Source of the DNA: Halomicrobium mukohataei DSM 12286
Lineage (GTDB): Archaea > Halobacteriota > Halobacteria > Halobacteriales > Haloarculaceae
Length of the DNA: 32,000 nt
Assembly: GCF_000023965.1 (NCBI RefSeq)
Contig: NC_013202.1
Location: 210,001-242,000, forward strand
Reading direction: 5' to 3'
Part shown: one piece after another, positions 27,505-32,000 of the stretch
How the letters are laid out: each line of letters starts with the position of its first letter
How positions within the stretch are numbered: the first letter of the stretch is position 1
The notes under the pieces: model-generated
What the model saw: only the letters and a program-made list of their open reading frames with translations
What the model was told of the DNA's origin: nothing
Database searches by the model: none
Made by a program: the position numbers and the translations under genes

Positions 27505-27986
27505 GGACGGACCTCGACGGTTTCGTCGGCCTCGAACACCGTCTGGTCGTACTCGAAGCTCTGGACGCGAACGGTGATCGTGGCTCGGTACCGCTGTTCG
27601 GTGACGCCGTCGGGATCGAGGCCGCGATCGCGCATCCCGAGACGGACAGTCTCGGACTGGCCGCCGGAGAGCAGTCGGGTCGTGGTGCGATCGACGCCGA
27701 GTTCGGGCACCGACACCCGGTAGACGAGCCGTGGCCGCCCCTCGATATCCGAGACGGAAATGGTCGCGTCGGGGATCCGCAGGTAGTCGACGCCCGTGCC
27801 AAAGCGGCCGCCCTCGACGACCAGCGCGCTCGTGTCGAGCCGTTCGACCGTGGCGTTGGCCCGCCCGTCGCCGACGGTCGTCGGATTCCGTGCGGTCGCG
27901 TCGACGACGCCGAACGGACCGGTCAGAAGGAGCGTGACCGCGACGACGGCGACGGCGAGCCGTTCGAGACGGGCCACGGAGACCAT
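27501..27986 (-). CDS. Signal-anchored small protein (161 aa), function unknown
   Basis: Internal ATG (MVSVARLERLAVAVVAVTLLLTGPFG...) of the 27501..28106 ORF. It has an N-terminal hydrophobic anchor followed by a beta-rich-looking domain with one N-A-T sequon. A TATA-like CATTTAATG lies 26-34 nt upstream. Confidence 0.55.
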   Translation of the reverse strand: MVSVARLERLAVAVVAVTLLLTGPFGVVDATARNPTTVGDGRANATVERLDTSALVVEGGRFGTGVDYLRIPDATISVSDIEGRPRLVYRVSVPELGVDRTTTRLLSGGQSETVRLGMRDRGLDPDGVTEQRYRATITVRVQSFEYDQTVFEADETVEVRP

Positions 27987-28032
27987 GCTAACAGAGCTAC
28001 CGCTACGACCGACATTAAATGATTCGCACCAC

Positions 28033-28593
28033 CTACAGCTGGACGCCGTCCTCGCCCTCGACGGCCGCCAGCAGTTCCGCGATGGAGTCGTCGGGCGAAC
28101 AGCCACTCGTCTTGACGAGCTCTCGGAGACTCTCGGGCGGGTAGCGGACGGGAACGTTCGACTCGCTCAGGAGAATGCCCAGCACCTCCTCGACCGGCGT
28201 CGAGCCGTCGACCTGACGGGCGTACCACAGCATGAGACTCTCGAAGACGGTGATGATGTCGTTCGAGACCATCCGCTGTTGGCTCACGGTGCCGTCGAAC
28301 TTGGCCGTCACGTCGAAGCCGTAGCGGGAGTTCCCCTCGTCCATGGTCTCCGCGAGCCACTCGTGGACCGTCGCGTCGTCCAGCGTCGGCTCGGGCTCTG
28401 GCGTCGGTTCGGGCTCGGGCGTCGGGTCCGGTGCGGGACGGGACGGCGTCGTCGAATCCGTCCGAACGTCGGGCGAGACGACGTACCTGCCCTCGTCGAT
28501 CTGCTCGACGTGGTCGTCGTCGGAGATGTCGAGCTCTTCGGGCGAGAGGATCTTCCCGTCTTCCGGATTGGGCTCGTCGGGCCCCTCAGACAT
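28033..28593 (-). CDS. Acidic hypothetical protein (186 aa) with a Pro/Glu linker
   Basis: A clean ORF with an acidic N-terminus, a PAPDPTPEPEPTPEPEPT linker and a globular-looking C-terminal half. A TTATATTT box lies 22-29 nt upstream of the ATG. Confidence 0.6.
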   Translation of the reverse strand: MSEGPDEPNPEDGKILSPEELDISDDDHVEQIDEGRYVVSPDVRTDSTTPSRPAPDPTPEPEPTPEPEPTLDDATVHEWLAETMDEGNSRYGFDVTAKFDGTVSQQRMVSNDIITVFESLMLWYARQVDGSTPVEEVLGILLSESNVPVRYPPESLRELVKTSGCSPDDSIAELLAAVEGEDGVQL

Positions 28594-28654
28594 GTGTAAC
28601 AGTGTGACACACTCAAATATAAGTCCGTCGCCCCGCGGCGGCGCTGGGCGCTGA

Positions 28655-28683
28655 GGTGAAAAACAGAGAAGCGTCGGCGTCAG
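28655..28683 (-). terminator. T-run terminator candidate after archaellin copy 1
   Basis: The minus strand reads TAA-CTGACGCCGACGCTTCTCTGTTTTTCAC. This 3' flank is conserved after all three archaellin genes. Confidence 0.45.
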
Positions 28684-29385
28684 TTAGAGGCTGACCGCAG
28701 ATTTCCCGGAGAGGGACTCGGGCACGACCAGCGTCGCCGTCGTCTCGCCACCGGCCTGCGTGTTCAGCTTGACCGTTGCGGTCGAACCCTCGCCGAGGTC
28801 GGTATCAATCTCGAAGTTCGAATTGGTATTACCATCGCTGTCTTCAACTGTTCGACCGTCGTTGCTGTTGGACACGTCAGTGGTTTCGAAGGTCATCGTA
28901 GCGCGGTCAGCAGGATCGTTGAGCACAGAGCTCTCCGTTATCGAATTGTCGTCATCTTGGAACGTTCCGATTCCGAACGCACCACCATGGTTACTCGTAG
29001 AAAAGTCATCTCTCGTCGCTGCGACGATGTTGTACGTCCCATCGCTGGAGACCCACTGTGCAGTGGTGGTCTCCAGATCGACGTTGTCGGCACCTGGAGC
29101 CTTCTTAACGGTCAGCGTCACGCGAGTAACCTCCGCCGTGTCACTACTAGCTGTGGTGTCATCGATGATTCCGTCACCAACTGCGTCGACGACTTGCAGT
29201 CGGTTGGTGACCTGCGCACTGGACTGTTCACCGCTCTCTTCGGCACTGGACTGCAGGAACCCGGCGGTGTTGATCAGCACACCGGCGGCGATCGCCGCGA
29301 CCAGGACCATCGCGATGAACACGATCAGCGTCCCGATCCCGACCTGCCCGCGGTCGTTTTCCTCGTCGTTGAATAGTTCGATCAT
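28684..29385 (-). CDS. Archaellin (FlaA/FlaB = ArlA/ArlB family), copy 1
   Basis: 233 aa. It has a class III signal peptide and hydrophobic N-terminus ([45 protein letters not shown]), nearly identical to known haloarchaeal archaellins. Confidence 0.95.
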   Translation of the reverse strand: MIELFNDEENDRGQVGIGTLIVFIAMVLVAAIAAGVLINTAGFLQSSAEESGEQSSAQVTNRLQVVDAVGDGIIDDTTASSDTAEVTRVTLTVKKAPGADNVDLETTTAQWVSSDGTYNIVAATRDDFSTSNHGGAFGIGTFQDDDNSITESSVLNDPADRATMTFETTDVSNSNDGRTVEDSDGNTNSNFEIDTDLGEGSTATVKLNTQAGGETTATLVVPESLSGKSAVSL

Positions 29386-29472
29386 GGTTGTGTCGTGTCC
29401 CGAGTGCGAGCACTCCGGACGCTACCAGAACGTGACCACTACCCGGTAATAAGGCTAGGCTGCCAATTATCA
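29386..29472 (-). promoter_or_regulatory. Conserved 87-bp archaellin upstream block (promoter plus leader), copy 1
   Basis: Near-identical to 30390-30476 and 31353-31439. Similarity begins at TGATAATTGG (minus strand). It contains the dyad GAGTGC-GA-GCACTC at 29402-29415. Confidence 0.6.
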
Positions 29473-29673
29473 ATTTATGAATCGACAATATCGGAGAGAA
29501 GGTCGATTCTTGAAACTGAAAACCGGGCTGGAATCGAAGAGCGGTCGACACGGACGACGCGATCGTCAACATCCCTTCGAGAGAGTTGACCACGCCCGAG
29601 CAAAGACATCTTCGGGCAGGGAGGGTCGTGGCTCGATGGCGCCGAGTGATCGCGAGCGCGTCGCTATCGACCC

Positions 29674-29702
29674 TGACAAAAACAGAGAAACGTCGGCGTC
29701 AG
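29674..29702 (-). terminator. T-run terminator candidate after archaellin copy 2
   Basis: The minus strand reads TAA-CTGACGCCGACGTTTCTCTGTTTTTGTCAG. Confidence 0.45.
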
Positions 29703-30389
29703 TTAGAGGCTGACCGCAGATTTCCCGGAGAGGGACTCGGGCACGACCAGCGTCGCCGTCGTCTCGCCACCGGCCTGCGTGTTCAGCTTGACCGTCGCAG
29801 TCGATCCCTCGGAGAGGGAGTCACTAACGAGTGCATCATCGTTACCCCCATCAACAGTTGCACCGCCACTGTTGGTAGAACTCAACTGAGTAGTCTCGAA
29901 GGTCATGGTAGCGCGGTCCGCAGGATCATTAAGCACGGTGCTGTCAGAGATAGAAGCGTCATCATCTTGGAATGTCCCGGTCAAGAATGCCGCATCGTGG
30001 TTGGTGTTGTCGAATCTAGTGTCCTCGACAATATTGAAGGTCCCACCGTCGGAGACCCACTGTGCGGTAGTAGTTTCCAGATCGACGTTGTCGGCACCCG
30101 GAGCTTTCTTAACTGTCAAGATGACACGAGCCACCTCAGCGTCGCCGCTCGTTGAGGAGTCAGCATCGATGATTTCTTCACCAACTGCGTTGACGACTTG
30201 CAGTCGGTTGGTGACCTGCGCACTGGACTGTTCACCGCTCTCTTCGGCACTGGACTGCAGGAACCCGGCGGTGTTGATCAGCACACCGGCGGCGATCGCC
30301 GCGACCAGGACCATCGCGATGAACACGATTAGCGTCCCGATCCCGACCTGCCCGCGGTCGTTTTCCTCGTCGTCGAATAGTTCGATCAT
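29703..30389 (-). CDS. Archaellin (FlaA/FlaB = ArlA/ArlB family), copy 2
   Basis: 228 aa. The N-terminal ~70 aa and C-terminal ~31 aa match copies 1 and 3, and the centre is divergent. Confidence 0.95.
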   Translation of the reverse strand: MIELFDDEENDRGQVGIGTLIVFIAMVLVAAIAAGVLINTAGFLQSSAEESGEQSSAQVTNRLQVVNAVGEEIIDADSSTSGDAEVARVILTVKKAPGADNVDLETTTAQWVSDGGTFNIVEDTRFDNTNHDAAFLTGTFQDDDASISDSTVLNDPADRATMTFETTQLSSTNSGGATVDGGNDDALVSDSLSEGSTATVKLNTQAGGETTATLVVPESLSGKSAVSL

Positions 30390-30476
30390 GGTTGTGTCGT
30401 GTCCCGAGTGCGAACACTCCGGACGCTACCAGAACATGACCACTACCCGGCAATAAGGCTAGGCCGCCAATTATCA
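30390..30476 (-). promoter_or_regulatory. Conserved 87-bp archaellin upstream block, copy 2
   Basis: Same block as 29386-29472. The dyad variant GAGTGC-GA-ACACTC is at 30406-30419. Confidence 0.6.
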
Positions 30477-30677
30477 GTCTATGAATTTCCGATTTTGGTG
30501 ACGATCTCCATTTTTGTAAGTGAAAAACGGGCAGCAGCAGTAGTTCTGAAGCCGGTCGGTGCTGGCCCCATGGCGGTCAAAGACATCCGTCAGTCCAAAA
30601 TGCGTCTGGCACAGATCTGTTTGTGGAAAGGAACAGCAAACAAAATCGTCGCAAGCGTCTCGCTGTCGACCGTGAAG

Positions 30678-30701
30678 AAAACAGAAAAATGTCGGCGTCA
30701 G
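30678..30701 (-). terminator. T-run terminator candidate after archaellin copy 3
   Basis: The minus strand reads TAA-CTGACGCCGACATTTTTCTGTTTTC. Confidence 0.45.
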
Positions 30702-31352
30702 TTAGAGGCTGACCGCAGATTTCCCGGAGAGAGACTCGGGCACGACCAGCGTCGCCGTCGTCTCGCCACCGGCCTGCGTGTTCAGCTTGACCGTCGCAGT
30801 TGAACCTTCAGTGAGGTCCGCATTGACAGTGCTGACCACTGTATTCCCGTTATTATGTGAATCAGTACGGAACGTCATGGTTGCGCGGTCAGACGGATCA
30901 TTCAGGACATCACTGTTGCCGATCGAATTATCGTCGTCCTGGAACGTCGAGATTGCGAAGGTAGCATCTCCCGAGGTCCCTCCAGTGCCTGAGGCTGGCT
31001 CACTAACGACATTGAATGTCCCATCAGAGGAGACCCACTGTGCAGTCGTAGTCTCGAGGTCGACGTTGTCAGCACCTGGAGCCTTCTTGACGGTAATGTT
31101 GACCGTCGTCACCTCGAAACCACTGTCATCGACAATGTCTTCACCAACTGCGTTGACGACTTGCAGTCGGTTAGTGACCTGCGCACTGGACTGTTCACCG
31201 CTCTCTTCGGCACTGGACTGCAGGAACCCGGCGGTGTTGATCAGCACACCGGCGGCGATCGCCGCGACCAGGACCATCGCGATGAACACGATCAGCGTCC
31301 CGATCCCGACCTGCCCGCGGTCGTTTTCCTCGTCGTCGAATAGTTCGATCAT
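30702..31352 (-). CDS. Archaellin (FlaA/FlaB = ArlA/ArlB family), copy 3
   Basis: 216 aa with the same conserved termini as copies 1 and 2. The centre is shorter and divergent, with an N-I-T sequon. Confidence 0.95.
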   Translation of the reverse strand: MIELFDDEENDRGQVGIGTLIVFIAMVLVAAIAAGVLINTAGFLQSSAEESGEQSSAQVTNRLQVVNAVGEDIVDDSGFEVTTVNITVKKAPGADNVDLETTTAQWVSSDGTFNVVSEPASGTGGTSGDATFAISTFQDDDNSIGNSDVLNDPSDRATMTFRTDSHNNGNTVVSTVNADLTEGSTATVKLNTQAGGETTATLVVPESLSGKSAVSL

Positions 31353-31439
31353 GGTTGTGTCGTGTCCCGAGTGTGAACACTCCGGGCGCTACCAGAACAT
31401 GACCACTACCCGGCAATAAGGCTATGCCGCCAATTATCA
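31353..31439 (-). promoter_or_regulatory. Conserved 87-bp archaellin upstream block, copy 3
   Basis: Same block as 29386-29472. The dyad variant GAGTGT-GA-ACACTC is at 31369-31382. Confidence 0.6.
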
Positions 31440-31579
31440 CAGTTGAAACGGACATCTCCAGACGAAACGACCGGTTTCAGGGATGAGAAATACGGTGGAG
31501 AACCGAACGGAACGGCTGTTTTCAGCGCAGGCCAGTCATCCGGAATCGCGAAGTCCCGAGGATCACTGGCCCAGTCGTC

Positions 31580-31864
31580 CTAGCTATCGTAGGCGACGAG
31601 GCTGTACATCACGAACAGGAACCCGAACGTCGTCAGCCCGCTGTTGACCAGCAGGAGCGACCGGACGCCCTCGAAGTCGTTGACGAACGCGCTGATCATC
31701 GTCGCGGCCGCACCGGCGACCGCCAGCGCGAACCCAAGCGAGAGGTGCAACATCGCGTCACGGGACGTCTGGACGTACGCACGCATAGCCATCCCGACCA
31801 TCGTGAGTCCGGCGACGACGAAGACGAGCGTAGAGATAGCGTACAGGAGTTCTATCATCGGCAC
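31580..31864 (-). CDS. Small membrane protein (94 aa, 3 TM), function unknown
   Basis: An ORF with three clear hydrophobic helices. An AT-rich box (tttattag on the minus strand) lies upstream. The start could instead be the second Met (MIELLY). Confidence 0.55.
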   Translation of the reverse strand: MPMIELLYAISTLVFVVAGLTMVGMAMRAYVQTSRDAMLHLSLGFALAVAGAAATMISAFVNDFEGVRSLLLVNSGLTTFGFLFVMYSLVAYDS

Positions 31865-32000
31865 TAACGTACGCTATTCCGTTCCAGCTAATAAATCCAC
31901 CCTCGAAAATATTGTTGCTGATAATCGAACCGAGACGTGATAACGAGACCGTTCGCGCGTGCGAGACTATCCTTCGGAGAGGGTCCGCCAGGCCTCGTCG

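Noticed and set aside
29395-30803. Short ORFs inside the archaellin spacers and antisense to the archaellins (29395..29589, 29477..29713, 29586..30155, 30399..30803 and others)
   Set aside because: They traverse conserved promoter and terminator blocks, have Arg-rich or low-complexity composition, and differ between the otherwise parallel spacers.
31967-32000. The 3' end of a minus-strand gene at the right edge of the window (...DEAWRTLSEG*)
   Set aside because: Only 11 codons are visible, too little to call a CDS or product.

Overview
GC-rich sequence with an acidic proteome, typical of a haloarchaeal (class Halobacteria) chromosome. Left third: the 5' end of a Tat-secreted GH13 amylase-like gene, a lipoate-protein-ligase-family gene and pyrC. 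These are followed by a minus-strand Dpp/Opp-type ABC importer operon: fused double ATPase, Tat-lipoprotein binding protein, two permeases and a translationally coupled small membrane protein. Middle: conserved hypothetical genes, three universal-stress-protein genes, a GNAT acetyltransferase, a DHH/DHHA1 phosphoesterase and a small three-gene block bracketed by palindrome-rich spacers. Right half (16.3-31.4 kb, all on the minus strand) is a motility island. It holds three tandem archaellin cassettes, three uncharacterised genes, cheY-cheC-cheD and arlCE-arlF-arlG-arlH-arlI-arlJ packed with start/stop overlaps. I saw no rRNA, tRNA, CRISPR array, transposase or integrase. The most unusual items are: (1) a near-perfect 41-bp tandem array (6.7 copies) derived from the 3' end of the GNAT gene, filling the whole gap between two convergent genes; (2) an uncharacterised block wedged between cheY and the archaellins, comprising an acidic PEPEP-linker protein, a signal-anchored small protein and a ~16-TM protein; (3) mosaic conservation of the archaellin cassettes, including an 87-bp conserved leader carrying a dyad with symmetric substitutions; (4) an 81-nt long hairpin between convergent genes; (5) a mirror-symmetric bidirectional usp promoter. 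All functional calls rest on motif recognition by eye. No database search was run.
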